Of a stretch of DNA of 64,000 nt, positions 47,988 through 58,640 are shown piece after piece; position 1 is the first letter of the stretch, and every line of letters starts with the position of its first letter. This stretch comes from a virus, in IMG/VR virus record IMGVR_UViG_3300035704_000006, positions 3,456 through 67,455 of that record; one strand, 5' to 3'. The translations under genes were made by a program, and so were the position numbers. The notes beneath the pieces were generated by a model. That model was not told the origin of the DNA and made no database searches. It saw nothing but the letters and a program-made list of their open reading frames with translations.

Positions 47988-48626
47988 TTATTCCGGGGGA
48001 GTGGTGTCGAAGAAAGCGGTGATGTCGGCGTCGCCGTAGTCGAGGTGACGCATGACAGCGCCGTACTGGTCACCGATCAGGGCGCGGTACAGAGTGAAAG
48101 TGAGCTGGAGCATGGTGATGTCATTCTGCTCCTGCTGGTCATTACCACGCCCGGTGCAGTTCACCAGGGGACAGAAGCTCCGCATCCGGGCTTCGGTGCT
48201 CGGGTCGAAGCTGTCGAACACCGCGGCATAGCGGATCTGCTTCGGCGTGCTGTCCATGATGTAGCTGGCCGTGCTCGCGCCGGCGGCCGGCTGGAGGGAA
48301 AGCAGCGGAACGTCGTCGTAGACCGCCCTCACCAGGGGATTCATGCCTTCCAGGGCGGTGACTTCCATGGTCTTGGGAGCGCCCGTGGTGATCGTCCGGA
48401 TCGGGTCGAGGGAGCCGGCGGCCATGATGTCCTTCAGCGCCTTCTTCAGGGCGAAGATGCTGCCGTTGGTGTCCAGCCATCCCATGCACAGCCATGTGGC
48501 GGGATTAAGGGGCTTCGGGCTGCCGATGGTGCCCGGAGGACCCGGATCAGGGGTTCCCTCTGGTGCGAGGAAAGCAAGCACGTCCCCGGCCGCGTAAGTC
48601 GAATTGGCGTTCCTCGTATCGGTCAT
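47988..48626 (-). CDS. Major tail protein
   Basis: APEGT..P, GWL..G, position. Confidence 0.8.
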   Translation of the reverse strand: MTDTRNANSTYAAGDVLAFLAPEGTPDPGPPGTIGSPKPLNPATWLCMGWLDTNGSIFALKKALKDIMAAGSLDPIRTITTGAPKTMEVTALEGMNPLVRAVYDDVPLLSLQPAAGASTASYIMDSTPKQIRYAAVFDSFDPSTEARMRSFCPLVNCTGRGNDQQEQNDITMLQLTFTLYRALIGDQYGAVMRHLDYGDADITAFFDTTPPE

Positions 48627-48643
48627 TCAGTCCTTCCTGCGCC

Positions 48644-49063
48644 TCACCGGGCGCGCACAACATATGTAGCACTATACCGCGTCAGGTCCTGATTCTCGTC
48701 AGGTATCCAGTGCGGTCCTGTATCCTCCCTGACGCCCTGCACTCCTCCTTCCGGGTGCCGGGTCCCGAAAAGGCCGTACAGCATCAGGTTTTCCGTTATC
48801 CTGGCGACGGAAATGGTCAGGTCTTTATTCATCGAGAAGATATCAATGTCAATGACCGCGTCCTGGACGAACTTCGAGACCGGACCCGATGACTTGGTGA
48901 CCCGGCCGTACGCCGCATTGGCGGCCATATTCTCGAAGTAAGGCACGTCATCGCTGAACTGAATGACCTCGTCCATGGCCGTGAAATCAGGACGGGTATT
49001 CAGCCAGTTGATGACCAGCAGCTCGACATCAGCCGCGAGCGGCGGCCTAATCTCCGGCGGCAT
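48644..49063 (-). CDS. Tail terminator
   Basis: DVELLVI.WL, IDIDIF, RYSATY. Confidence 0.7.
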   Translation of the reverse strand: MPPEIRPPLAADVELLVINWLNTRPDFTAMDEVIQFSDDVPYFENMAANAAYGRVTKSSGPVSKFVQDAVIDIDIFSMNKDLTISVARITENLMLYGLFGTRHPEGGVQGVREDTGPHWIPDENQDLTRYSATYVVRAR

Positions 49064-49403
49064 CGAGAGCGTTCCTCAGCGTGCGGTGCGCGACCTGGCC
49101 GCGCGGCCTCTTCGCGGTCGGCGCGAACCCGAACTCGACGACGGCGGCTTCCGGCGAGTCATTCCAGACGTAGGCTGCGGCCCGGTCTCCTTTGGCGCCT
49201 CCGTGATCCTTGGCCTCCAGGCGGAAGGAATCCTTGTACCGGCCCCGGTGGGGGTCTCCGCTCGGCCCGTCATAGACCGGGGCGGTCGCTTCGACTTCGT
49301 CCATGACTGCCTGGCCGCGGGCTCTCATCTCGCCCACCATCCAGGCAGCGTTGAGCATCTCGCCGACGCCGGAGTAGGAAGGGGTGTACTCGGCTGCTGC
49401 CAT
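49047..49403 (-). CDS. Neck protein (HK97 gp10-like)
   Basis: APV..G.Y..S, A..VEFG, HRTL. Confidence 0.7.
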   Translation of the reverse strand: MAAAEYTPSYSGVGEMLNAAWMVGEMRARGQAVMDEVEATAPVYDGPSGDPHRGRYKDSFRLEAKDHGGAKGDRAAAYVWNDSPEAAVVEFGFAPTAKRPRGQVAHRTLRNALDAAGD

Positions 49404-49801
49404 CACAGCCCTCCGATCGCGGAGTTGACGGCGGTATGCGCCGAAGCTCCGGTCACGCGCCTCAGCCGCACCTGAACGGGCGCCTGGAATCCGGTGAAAG
49501 GCGATTTCCAGGAGTTCGGCTGGCCGACGACTTGCCATCTCTGGCCGTCCGGCATGATGACCCGGTCCTGGGGAGTCACCGGAGTTCCCGCCGGAATGTA
49601 GATATCAGCCAGTGCGGTAACCTGATATGCCCCCTGAGTTGCCTCCGCTTCAGAACCCGGAACGAAAGCGCACGGGCCGACCGTGGAATTCCTGTAGGCC
49701 AGGACGACATTTCCCCGGTCTTTTTCTCCTGAGTCGAAAGCGGTTTCCCAGGTGACCATGATTCCGGCGCCCCCGACGACCGGGGGAACCGGCGTGGTCA
49801 T
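49403..49801 (-). CDS. Head-to-tail stopper
   Basis: DRV...G..WQV.G.P..W.SPF. Confidence 0.75.
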   Translation of the reverse strand: MTTPVPPVVGGAGIMVTWETAFDSGEKDRGNVVLAYRNSTVGPCAFVPGSEAEATQGAYQVTALADIYIPAGTPVTPQDRVIMPDGQRWQVVGQPNSWKSPFTGFQAPVQVRLRRVTGASAHTAVNSAIGGL

Positions 49802-50448
49802 CGCAGCCTCATTTCCGCGGTCTCGACCGTGTTCCGGAAATCCTTCAGGCTGTCCAGGTCACTCTGCTTCAAGGCGACGGTAAGTCCTCCGCCGGTTCTT
49901 TCCAGCCGGTAGGAGTACGGGCCGATAGTCTCGCCGATCAGCCCGGCCGCGACGGTCGGGGTAGTGAGGACTGCCTGGACTGCTCCCGCGCCGACAGCGA
50001 CTACTTCATCGGGAACCTGAGGATAACCCCAGGAGTAATTCACCATGAAAGTGCCGGGATACATGTCAGTCTCGAACCAGACTTCAGGGAGGTTGATTAT
50101 TCCCCTGCCCTGGGCATACTTGATCCGGTTTATCCCGTCAAACGTGAACCAGGTGATCGGGACATCCGGAAGCCCCATTCCTCCGCCGATGGCGATCACT
50201 GAGTTAACGGCAGTCCTGGGATCCCCTGACCAGACGACCGGCTTCTCAAGCTCGATCTCTGAATCGACGCCGTAAAGAACCTGCGTCTCGTTGACGTGCA
50301 TCTGGAAATCACGACGGCAGTAGCGGACTATCTGGCTGGTGACATCATTGATCAGGGCTCCGCATTTCAGCGTCTCGGCGTCACTGAGCGCGCGGCCGAG
50401 CCGGACCGCCACGTCATCCGGGCTGAGAAGAGGCGTGTAGGCAGGCAT
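49798..50448 (-). CDS. Head-to-tail adaptor
   Basis: DVA.RLGR.L, Y.WGY..VP, ETIGPYSY. Confidence 0.8.
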   Translation of the reverse strand: MPAYTPLLSPDDVAVRLGRALSDAETLKCGALINDVTSQIVRYCRRDFQMHVNETQVLYGVDSEIELEKPVVWSGDPRTAVNSVIAIGGGMGLPDVPITWFTFDGINRIKYAQGRGIINLPEVWFETDMYPGTFMVNYSWGYPQVPDEVVAVGAGAVQAVLTTPTVAAGLIGETIGPYSYRLERTGGGLTVALKQSDLDSLKDFRNTVETAEMRLR

Positions 50449-50499
50449 TGACTGGTGCCTCCTTTCTCAGCCCGGATGATGCGGTACGTGCGAGCGCGC

Positions 50500-50853
50500 T
50501 CAGTGACGCCGGATACGGCCGGTGATCCGGACGTTGAGCGCGCTCGCGGTCCCCTGCAAGCCGCGGATCACGTCGCCCTCCTTCGCCGCGATCCCGGCAG
50601 GCGGGTTCGGGAGGACGTTGGTGACCGCGTTGGCCGCGCAGGAGGACGCCGAGGCGAGCTGGTTACTGGTCGTGGCCGCAGCGCCGCCGACGCCGTGGTT
50701 GACGGTCAGCGTGGCCGCGACGCTAATCGTGTTGGTGGCGATGATCTCGTCGATCAGCCAGTCTTCGCCGGTCGGGACGGTGGCCAGCAGGCCGGTCGAG
50801 GCGCCTGGGGTGCCCTCGTACAGGGTCTCGCTGATATATCCTTCGAGGCTCAT
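50500..50853 (-). CDS. Putative head decoration protein
   Basis: Immediately after capsid gene; small, beta-rich; GAAGGAG RBS. Confidence 0.55.
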   Translation of the reverse strand: MSLEGYISETLYEGTPGASTGLLATVPTGEDWLIDEIIATNTISVAATLTVNHGVGGAAATTSNQLASASSCAANAVTNVLPNPPAGIAAKEGDVIRGLQGTASALNVRITGRIRRH

Positions 50854-50899
50854 GCCTCTCCTTCAGTTGCGGTTGCACGGACCCGGGAGAACCCGGGGG

Positions 50900-51922
50900 T
50901 TAGCTGGCGATTACGCCGAATGGCCAGCGCATGACGGTCGAGGCCGCGCCGTCGATCGTCTCGCTCGGCTGCATGATGGTGACCGGGTTGGCGACCGCGA
51001 AGGCGAGCCGCATCACCAGTCGCATCGCGACGGCGTCCTGCTGCATCAGGTTGGTGATGACGACGCCCGAGGCGTTCGAGATCACGCCCTCGGTGAACAG
51101 CTTGAAGGACATGTCCTGGCGGATGCCGATGATGGCCTTGCTGAAGTCGCCGCCGACTACCTGTGCCTCGTTGTTCCAGCTTCCGTTGTCAACCATCGAC
51201 AGGTTCCGGCCGTAGAGCCGGCCCGAGGGGGTGCCGCTCTCCAGGTCAGGCTGGTAGATCGGGATGCCCTGGGCGGACCGCAGGCCGATCAGGCGCCAGT
51301 CAATGCCAGGCCGCGCGGCGAAGCCGTTGACCGTATAGCCGGTCTGCGCCATCATGTCGCCGAATGACGAAACGGTCTGCGCGAAGTCCGCTGACGGGTC
51401 GGTTGTCCCGTTAGTCCCGTTCCAGGCCATGCCGTCGTCGACGACGTTGCCCGCGGTATTGGCGCCGGTCCACAGGGGAGTGCCCCAGGTGTTCGGGGCG
51501 TTCGTGCCCCAGAAGACAGCGCCGTCGATCAGCGCGCCCACGGCTTCCGCCATGCGGGGCATGACCTCATCCCAGATGGGCACGTCGGCATCAGCGAGAT
51601 AGGCCTCGGGCACCGGCACGATGGTGGCGATCTCCTCGACCACCAGCGTGACGCCCCGCCACTGCTGGTCGGCCGTCTGCTTCAGGCCGGTGTCGACGCC
51701 AGTGGCGACGAAGTAGGCATTCGGGAGGATGTCGAGGACCGGCATGCGCTGGGTCTTGCTCGACATCCGGACCTGGTGCATCAGGGACAGGGCCGCCGAG
51801 TGCTTCGGGGCTTCCTGGATGATCATGTTTGCCAGGGGCTCGGGAACGAGCGCGTCCTGGTAATCCGTGGTCGCGACAGTGGTATTGCGGGAAACGATAT
51901 TGCTGTAGCCAGACTGGGCCAT
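50900..51922 (-). CDS. Major capsid protein (HK97 fold)
   Basis: LVPEP, EEIATIVPV, GDFS, NLMQQD.VA.R. Confidence 0.93.
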   Translation of the reverse strand: MAQSGYSNIVSRNTTVATTDYQDALVPEPLANMIIQEAPKHSAALSLMHQVRMSSKTQRMPVLDILPNAYFVATGVDTGLKQTADQQWRGVTLVVEEIATIVPVPEAYLADADVPIWDEVMPRMAEAVGALIDGAVFWGTNAPNTWGTPLWTGANTAGNVVDDGMAWNGTNGTTDPSADFAQTVSSFGDMMAQTGYTVNGFAARPGIDWRLIGLRSAQGIPIYQPDLESGTPSGRLYGRNLSMVDNGSWNNEAQVVGGDFSKAIIGIRQDMSFKLFTEGVISNASGVVITNLMQQDAVAMRLVMRLAFAVANPVTIMQPSETIDGAASTVMRWPFGVIAS

Positions 51923-51999
51923 GACCGCCTTAGATAAGGCAGCCCGCGACGAATCAAAACAGGAAAGGTAAAGCGAAAACCGATCGGACCGCGAGGCTG

Positions 52000-52644
52000 C
52001 TAAGACTGATTGATCATTTCGCGGAACATGGCGTTCTTGTCCTTCGGCTGCGCTGAAGTCGCGGGGAGGGCGCCAGGGCGCAGGGACTCAACCGGCCTTG
52101 TTCCGGAGAGGATCCGCCCGGCGGTGCCTGCCGCTCCGGGGGCATTTCCCTGACTGAGCTGCTGCTGAAGGCCTGAGCCGTCAGCGCCAGCATCATTCGC
52201 GCCTGTCGCGCCGTTCATTCTCTTCGCGAGGAGTTCGGCTCTCGCCGTCATGTCCTCGGCGGTCCCGCTGCCGATGAGCATCGCATCATCGGCGTCAAGC
52301 TTGAAATCAATGATGAGCTGATTCCGGAGCACGGCGCCTTCGAGATCCGCCACGCGGGCTTCAGCCGCAGTCGCTCTGCTCTCCAGCTTCTCCTGATCGC
52401 TCATCTGGGCCTGCCTGAGGCCCGTCAGCTCGTCGTTCGCTGTCTTCCACTTGCCTTCGTGCTTCTGCGCGTGCGCCTTCCAGCGCGCCGCATCGGCCTG
52501 GGCCTTGGCCAGAGCCTCATCGGGACTCAGGTTCTGCTGCTGCTGTCCTGCCTGGGCAGCGTCCGCCAGTGCGGCCTGAGCGTCATCGTCCCCGCCGTCT
52601 GCGCCTGTCGCGCCGGCCTGGGCACCCGGAACGGGCTCCGCCAT
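52000..52644 (-). CDS. Scaffolding protein
   Basis: WKA.A.KHE coiled coil, RPVESLRPGA; position. Confidence 0.8.
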   Translation of the reverse strand: MAEPVPGAQAGATGADGGDDDAQAALADAAQAGQQQQNLSPDEALAKAQADAARWKAHAQKHEGKWKTANDELTGLRQAQMSDQEKLESRATAAEARVADLEGAVLRNQLIIDFKLDADDAMLIGSGTAEDMTARAELLAKRMNGATGANDAGADGSGLQQQLSQGNAPGAAGTAGRILSGTRPVESLRPGALPATSAQPKDKNAMFREMINQS

Positions 52645-52720
52645 CGTCTCCTATCCATACCCGGCCTGTCGCCTTGGGTATTGCACGCGAGTATAGACCC
52701 TTCCGGGGACTTCGCGCCAC

Positions 52721-52960
52721 TCAGCCTCCGGGAAAGCCATCCGGCAGCAGCGAGGTAAGCCCGAGCGCTTTCGCGCGGCCCCTGATATAGGCTGCTACTC
52801 CTGCTTTCTTGCCGGCTGCAACCCGGTTGTAATCCTTCAGGGCGTCTTCCAGTTCCCCGCGGTTCCTGATCGGGTACCGAGGCTTAGCTGATCCAGGCAG
52901 CGGCTTCATCGCCTGCCCTTTCGCCAGGGCTGTTTTCCTCTCCGCTGTGCTGACGGCCAT
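52721..52960 (-). CDS. Small protein (DUF6582-like)
   Basis: YPIRN..L..A....I..RAKALG...LLP. Confidence 0.6.
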   Translation of the reverse strand: MAVSTAERKTALAKGQAMKPLPGSAKPRYPIRNRGELEDALKDYNRVAAGKKAGVAAYIRGRAKALGLTSLLPDGFPGG

Positions 52961-53138
52961 TACTTTCCTCCTCTAAGAGGTTCCTGCACGAGAGCATCGT
53001 GAAAAACTGGCGCCGGATTATTTCCCCGGCTGATCATCCGGTCGTAAACAGGTTCCGGATCAGTTGCTTCTTCGCATGGCATGACTTCGCTGAGGCATCC
53101 TCCTCCAGGCCAGTATTCGCACATCTCCTGAAGGCAAT

Positions 53139-53978
53139 TCACGCTGCCATCTCCTTTTCCGTTCCCGTCCCGGTTCCTGAATTATCTCTCGATCGCCAGT
53201 ACCGGCGCCAGGCGTTAATAGCGTCCTTGCCCTTGTAGCCGCGTGTTACTTCTTTCCACTGGCGGTAAAGCTCGTTGTCGAAAAGGCGCGCGACCTGGTT
53301 CTTGCTGAATGCCGGGGCCACGGTGCACATGCAGTGGTTGTGGGCGTCGAAGTCCGCGCTCTGCTCCGTCTTGTACACGGCTCCCCGGCTGGCCAGCATG
53401 GCGCAGAAGGCGCACGGGCGCGGCCCGAGGACGCGCATCCAGGCAACCGCCTGAGGATCCTCGCTGACAGCCTCCAGGATCGCTCCGCGCCCGCCTCCCA
53501 GGGCGATCCGGGCAGCGGCGCCGGAGAGTGATACCGCGGCGCTGCTCATGGCCGCCTGGACTTGCTGGCCGCCGGAGATCCCCTGGAGCATTGTCCAGGG
53601 ACCAGTCATGTCGAGCACGTCACCGATGAACGGAACTTCCGGAACTTCCGGAACTGAAGGAGCAAACGGAGCGGCAGCTTCCCCGATTTCCCCCGCCGCG
53701 ATAGCGATAGCGCGAGCGCGCTCGTAGTAGTCAGTCCCGCCGAGCGCCGATGAAAGCCACTGCTCCTGGACCATCCCCGAGATGACGCTCCGGACAGCAG
53801 GCCAGCTCGCCCTGATCGCATAGGGGTTCATCTGCTGCCAGAGCGAGATGACATCGCGGATCAGCAGTGCCCCCAGCAATGCCTGTCCCTGCCGCCACGC
53901 CTGCGCCATGATCATCGGCGCGTCTTCGGGAACAGGAAGTCCCTCGGCAATCGCCGGAGGAGCCTGATAGGTCGTCAT
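53139..53978 (-). CDS. Head maturation/MuF-like protein
   Basis: PCAFCAMLASRG.VY, HNHC.C. Confidence 0.8.
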   Translation of the reverse strand: MTTYQAPPAIAEGLPVPEDAPMIMAQAWRQGQALLGALLIRDVISLWQQMNPYAIRASWPAVRSVISGMVQEQWLSSALGGTDYYERARAIAIAAGEIGEAAAPFAPSVPEVPEVPFIGDVLDMTGPWTMLQGISGGQQVQAAMSSAAVSLSGAAARIALGGGRGAILEAVSEDPQAVAWMRVLGPRPCAFCAMLASRGAVYKTEQSADFDAHNHCMCTVAPAFSKNQVARLFDNELYRQWKEVTRGYKGKDAINAWRRYWRSRDNSGTGTGTEKEMAA

Positions 53979-54238
53979 CAGTCCTTCCGGGGAATGAAGA
54001 TCCCGTTTTCCGTCATCTTCCAGTTAGTCCAGAATTCTCCGGTCCTGCGGGCGCCTGCGGCATGGTCCTTCAGGCTCTGCTCCATCCGGGGTCTCTCCGA
54101 GTCCAGGAGGATCACGAAGGTCGGCTTCAGGGTGACATTGTGACGGCGGCAAGTCTGGCAGTAAGCCGTCATCTGGTTATCTCGGAAATCCTCCAGGGTT
54201 GCCGAATGTCCCCTGTGCTTCCCGCTGATTACCTGCAT
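53978..54238 (-). CDS. Small protein with KOW-like N-terminus and CxxC
   Basis: VISGKHRG. Confidence 0.45.
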   Translation of the reverse strand: MQVISGKHRGHSATLEDFRDNQMTAYCQTCRRHNVTLKPTFVILLDSERPRMEQSLKDHAAGARRTGEFWTNWKMTENGIFIPRKD

Positions 54239-54241
54239 CAG

Positions 54242-54880
54242 TTAGTACCCGCGTTCGCTGCTCGGCCATACGTCGACGGTGTCGGTCTCGACCTGGACAT
54301 GCTTGATCCCGGCGGCGATCCAGCCCTTGACCAGTTCATAATCCTCGTACGGGCCGGGCTCGCCCCAGGTATGGATGGCCAGGATCTCTCTCCGGTGCAG
54401 GATAGTCGGTGTCCCGCAGGTTCCGTATACTTTCCCCGGCCCCTGAATTCCCGACCGGCTCACGTTGCCGTTCGAGTGGTGGAAGACCATGCAGGAGTAA
54501 GCGAACCCGCACTCCGGATGATCGTCGAGCGCCTGCGCCAGCAGCCGGACGTGCTCCGGCCGGTACTTATCATCGTCGTCCAGGTAGCCGATGTAGTCTC
54601 CGGTTGCCCTTTCCAGCGCTTTAAGCCGGACGCGCGCCCCGTATCCGTCTCCGGATTTCCCCTGCCACATGAAATTAATCGGGAAAGGCTGGTACACCCC
54701 CATGTCCTCATTCAGCCGGATCGAGGCCCAGACCTCAGGGTTCGCCCCGTCGCTCTGGATGATGTGCTCCATCTCTCCCTGGTAATCCTGGGCCTGCACC
54801 GAGGGAATGCACCGGGACATCATCTCGGAACTCCGCCGGGGGAGAGTGGGAGTAATAATTGAGACCTTCTTGAGAAGCAA
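54242..54880 (-). CDS. Glycosyltransferase family 2
   Basis: VSIITPT, SVQAQ.Y, ATGDYIGYLDDDD, EDY. Confidence 0.88.
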   Translation of the reverse strand: MLLKKVSIITPTLPRRSSEMMSRCIPSVQAQDYQGEMEHIIQSDGANPEVWASIRLNEDMGVYQPFPINFMWQGKSGDGYGARVRLKALERATGDYIGYLDDDDKYRPEHVRLLAQALDDHPECGFAYSCMVFHHSNGNVSRSGIQGPGKVYGTCGTPTILHRREILAIHTWGEPGPYEDYELVKGWIAAGIKHVQVETDTVDVWPSSERGY

Positions 54881-54881
54881 T

Positions 54882-55193
54882 TCAGGATCCTTTCCGGTAG
54901 TTAATTGCAAAGCCAGGGATCCCGAGGCCGAAATCCGGATCTGATGATGCCGGGCGCAGCGGCGCATGGAGTTCGGTCTCGTCGACGGAGACTGCGGGGT
55001 GAGATGGCATCAGGCCTGCCGGGACTCCTGTCCACCGGAATTTTTCTCCGCAATTTACGCAGTGAACCCGGATATCAGCCGAGTAAGCAATAACAGGGGC
55101 GCCCGGATCGTCGCTTCCCGTGATCCGGTTAACCTCAACGCTGGCCTCGAAGCTTTCATGCAGGCATGCCCGGTCAGGATCGGAGCGGGCCAT
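54882..55193 (-). CDS. Small zinc-ribbon-like protein
   Basis: C.H..F, C..CG..F.W. Confidence 0.55.
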   Translation of the reverse strand: MARSDPDRACLHESFEASVEVNRITGSDDPGAPVIAYSADIRVHCVNCGEKFRWTGVPAGLMPSHPAVSVDETELHAPLRPASSDPDFGLGIPGFAINYRKGS

Positions 55194-56887
55194 CAGAATC
55201 CCTCGGGGTGACGGACGGCAGTGGCGTAGGGCTCATCGTCGGAGACCTGGCCGCCGGGGACCTGGGACATGGGCTGGCCGGGGCCGGAGAGCTGAGCGGC
55301 CAGCATGCGGTCGAGCTGCTCCAGCACGTCCGGGGTGACGGCGCGCTTCCAGCGGTCGACCTGCTCCTGGGTGACGCCGGGGATCATGGTCCAGAGCTGG
55401 GTAGCCGGCACGCCAAGGCCCTGCGTGAGCTTAGTCAGGCCGTCGACCGTGGCAGCGAAGGCGCGGGCGCCGGTGTCCCTCCACAGGATCTCCGCCGAGG
55501 GATCAGCCCAGGTGGCCTGATCTCCGCTGGCCTTCCCCTGGAGGCGGAAATGCTGCTTGGCCGCCTCAACCTGAGTGCTCTGGATTTCCTCGATCTTCCG
55601 GTCAAGGCCGTCCCTCGCCGCGGTAAGAGCGTCCGCCGAGAGATTCGCGACCTGCCCGAGAAGATGATAAGGCGGCACCTGGGCAATAGTCGCCACGTGC
55701 CGGATAGAATCCGTGCGCCCGTTGAGAAAGTCTTTCAGGTCGGTCTGGCCGAATTCGCCGAATTTCGTCGTAGGGTCTTCAGCTATCCAGAGCCGGTCGA
55801 CTCCCGATCGGAAAGGCTGGCGCGGCCGGTTGTTCTCGTCGACCGGGACCATTCCCGCGATCCACCGCTGCCGGAATGCTCCGTACTGCTGGGCCATCAG
55901 GAGATTGAATGTGGTCGTGTTGATCTGGTCTTGCAGTGCGATCAATGGCCAGACTTCTCCCTCGACATCTTCCTCTCCGTCGAGGTCTATCTGATAAGGC
56001 CACCGGACGACCGGGCAGATTCCCGATCCGTGATAAGCGACAACCGGCGTCGAGGACGGGAGGAAAGGATCGTCTTCTTCCGGCCAGTAGATGTCCGGGC
56101 TGTTCGGCTTTCCCAGGAGAGTGTAAACGTACTGATCGTCATAAAGCCTGACGACGCGGCGCGTCCCCTCGGAGGAGGCAAGCTCGAATTCCTCGACTGC
56201 GAAATCCGGCCATTCGCTGTCGACCGGGTCTTCGTACAGTGCGGTAATGCGCCGGGGACTGATGAACCGGGCCTTGGGAAATCCGCCTCCCCGGCCGCCG
56301 GTATCGGGGAGAACCATCGAGTAGGCGCAGCCGTACTTGATGATCGCGCGCCACAGTCCGTGCTGCCTGCTGCCGAGCCGGTTGGCCTGCCAGCACTGCC
56401 ACGGCCCGTTCTGAGTCGTCCGGTTCGCGCTCTTCTCGATCGAGACGCGGATCTGATCAGCGGCATCGGAGATGATGCCCTCTCGCTCTGATTCGGATGC
56501 GGACAGGATCTGGGCGTGCGTGGCGGAGAGGACGGCGGTCAGGTCGTCGGCGACTTCGCCGGAAGGCGTAGGGCGGTAGCCGTCGATGTGCAGGTTCTCG
56601 GCGATGACCGAGATCACGAGCGGCATGTAGTTGACCACCGACCGCTTCACAAGCCACTTATATTCGACCTTGGCGCCCCTGGGCACGTAGACCGAGTCGT
56701 GCCGGCCGCGGACGTAATGCTCGATCCGCTGGAGACGGCGCTGCTCTGCCCGGCGGATCGTCAGGACGCGCTGCGCGGTATCCATGACCTTCGAGCGGCT
56801 GTCGCTCGAATCATCAGGCGTCGTGGCGGTAACCGAGGGATCTGGCCTCGTGACGCCCCTGCGGGGAGCGAGCACCGCTTGTGCCAT
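55193..56887 (-). CDS. Portal protein
   Basis: HG.G.CPVV, QD.IN, GAFRQRW, NLSADAL; position. Confidence 0.92.
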   Translation of the reverse strand: MAQAVLAPRRGVTRPDPSVTATTPDDSSDSRSKVMDTAQRVLTIRRAEQRRLQRIEHYVRGRHDSVYVPRGAKVEYKWLVKRSVVNYMPLVISVIAENLHIDGYRPTPSGEVADDLTAVLSATHAQILSASESEREGIISDAADQIRVSIEKSANRTTQNGPWQCWQANRLGSRQHGLWRAIIKYGCAYSMVLPDTGGRGGGFPKARFISPRRITALYEDPVDSEWPDFAVEEFELASSEGTRRVVRLYDDQYVYTLLGKPNSPDIYWPEEDDPFLPSSTPVVAYHGSGICPVVRWPYQIDLDGEEDVEGEVWPLIALQDQINTTTFNLLMAQQYGAFRQRWIAGMVPVDENNRPRQPFRSGVDRLWIAEDPTTKFGEFGQTDLKDFLNGRTDSIRHVATIAQVPPYHLLGQVANLSADALTAARDGLDRKIEEIQSTQVEAAKQHFRLQGKASGDQATWADPSAEILWRDTGARAFAATVDGLTKLTQGLGVPATQLWTMIPGVTQEQVDRWKRAVTPDVLEQLDRMLAAQLSGPGQPMSQVPGGQVSDDEPYATAVRHPEGF

Positions 56888-56909
56888 GGACTCCTTCCCG
56901 GGCGGCCGG

Positions 56910-58640
56910 TCAGGCGAACCCGTGGACTGCCCCCGAGCGGGGCTCATCCTTATTCTGGCTGATGAGACTTGCCTGGTACAACCTGCGCACCATCCGCGCG
57001 CCGATCATGGTCACGCAGCCGTCGATCTTCTTCGGAGATTTCGGGTGCTCCTTGCTGACCGAGATTCCCCACTTGTTAGGATAGCGCCTCGCATTCGTGA
57101 CATGGCGTGATATCCGGCTGTCCCCGTCCTGGGTGAAAAGCTCCTCTTCAATTTCGGCATTGCACAGCTCAGCGGCCATCGTGAAATCATACACATGCGT
57201 GCGCATGTCCCAGGCTACCGGCTCAGGATTTTTGCCATGCGGTACAGACCACAGTTTAAGATCCTCACCGTAGCGCACAGGCCATTCCACCTTCGTGAAT
57301 GATTCCCATTCTCTAACGTCCGCGAAGAAAGCCAGGACATTCCAGCGTTCGAACATGTTCTCTACGGCCATGTCGACTTCGCCGACCGGAACGGGGATAG
57401 CTGCCTGGTGCTTGCGGAGGAGAGTCGGCTCCCAGACTCCGATGGTGAATACGTGCCCTGTTTCCAGGTGGCATCCGGTCAGGACAGTGGAGTCATTGGT
57501 GCGGGAACCATCGAAGAAAGCAACGATGTCGTCGCCGTGCTGAACGATATCCGGGCTCTGGTCAGATATCTTTGCCCACTTAGCGGGATCCAGCCATGCT
57601 GTCTCCGGCGGAGTGGGGAGATTCAAATAGAATCTCTTGCCTACTGATATCGGGGTCTTGATATCAAGGATAGCGCCCTTGATGACGCGCTGGTCTACCC
57701 AGTCGCAGTCTCCGTAGACCTGCTCGATAGCGCGCTCAAGAGAATCATCGTCCTCCATGTCCAGGTCATGCGGCGCTATCCGGGCGTCATAGAGAATTGT
57801 CTTCTCAGTGCGCGTCCTGCCTTCTTCCTGGAGAACCCACGCATCAAAAGTCTGCTCGGCATAACTCTCGATCCCGGGTTCCCAGGCATTGCAGGTCTGG
57901 ACTCCGCGTGATCCTGATTTCGAGAGGTTGCGGTCGATCACCAGGGCGAGCTTGTTGCCTCCGTTCTGGGGCAGCCAGTGCTCTGTCTCGTCGAGGACGG
58001 CGAAGGTCACGAGCGCGCCTTCGGCCGCAGTGGCGGAACTGGTGATCACTTCGAGCTGGCCCATGTCGCGGGTGTAGATGACTGTCTTGCCCGCATCCAG
58101 GCCATACTTCTGGACGACCATCGAGCCCTTGGCCGTCATCGCGCGGACCATGCGCATGGTGTTCGCGGTCTGGGACTCCGAAGTCGCCGCGATCTGCACG
58201 AGCGGCATCGCCACGCGCTTAGCGGTGCATCCGCTGAGCAGCCGGAGGAAAGCCGGGTCTCTCGGATTGATGTTTTCCAGGACCCACTGGACAGGCCGGA
58301 TTTCCTCGACCGTATTCAAGCGCACCGGCCCTAGAAGCTCGGTCAGGGAATGCACGGCAGCGAAAGGAGACTTGCCGGCGCCTTTCGCGAGGCGGCGCAC
58401 CGCTTCCCAGAATTCCCAGCGCCCTTCCTCGGTCAGCGCGTAATACCAGAGCAGGAAAGTGCGCTGGCTGCCGGTCGGCCGCCACATCTGCCCTGCATCC
58501 GGACCGTCCGGCTGCTGGAGATTCGCCTGCGCCCAGGCCATGGAATGCCAGCCGACCGAGCGCACTGACCCGTCAAGAGGAAAAGGAGGCAGGGTAACAA
58601 GACGCTCGGCCGGGGCAGCTAGGAGCGGATTAGCATCCAA
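56910..58640 (-). CDS. terL: Terminase large subunit
   Basis: KGAGKS, LDETE, RFYLN, FFDGS..DST, KIDG. Confidence 0.94.
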   Translation of the reverse strand: MDANPLLAAPAERLVTLPPFPLDGSVRSVGWHSMAWAQANLQQPDGPDAGQMWRPTGSQRTFLLWYYALTEEGRWEFWEAVRRLAKGAGKSPFAAVHSLTELLGPVRLNTVEEIRPVQWVLENINPRDPAFLRLLSGCTAKRVAMPLVQIAATSESQTANTMRMVRAMTAKGSMVVQKYGLDAGKTVIYTRDMGQLEVITSSATAAEGALVTFAVLDETEHWLPQNGGNKLALVIDRNLSKSGSRGVQTCNAWEPGIESYAEQTFDAWVLQEEGRTRTEKTILYDARIAPHDLDMEDDDSLERAIEQVYGDCDWVDQRVIKGAILDIKTPISVGKRFYLNLPTPPETAWLDPAKWAKISDQSPDIVQHGDDIVAFFDGSRTNDSTVLTGCHLETGHVFTIGVWEPTLLRKHQAAIPVPVGEVDMAVENMFERWNVLAFFADVREWESFTKVEWPVRYGEDLKLWSVPHGKNPEPVAWDMRTHVYDFTMAAELCNAEIEEELFTQDGDSRISRHVTNARRYPNKWGISVSKEHPKSPKKIDGCVTMIGARMVRRLYQASLISQNKDEPRSGAVHGFA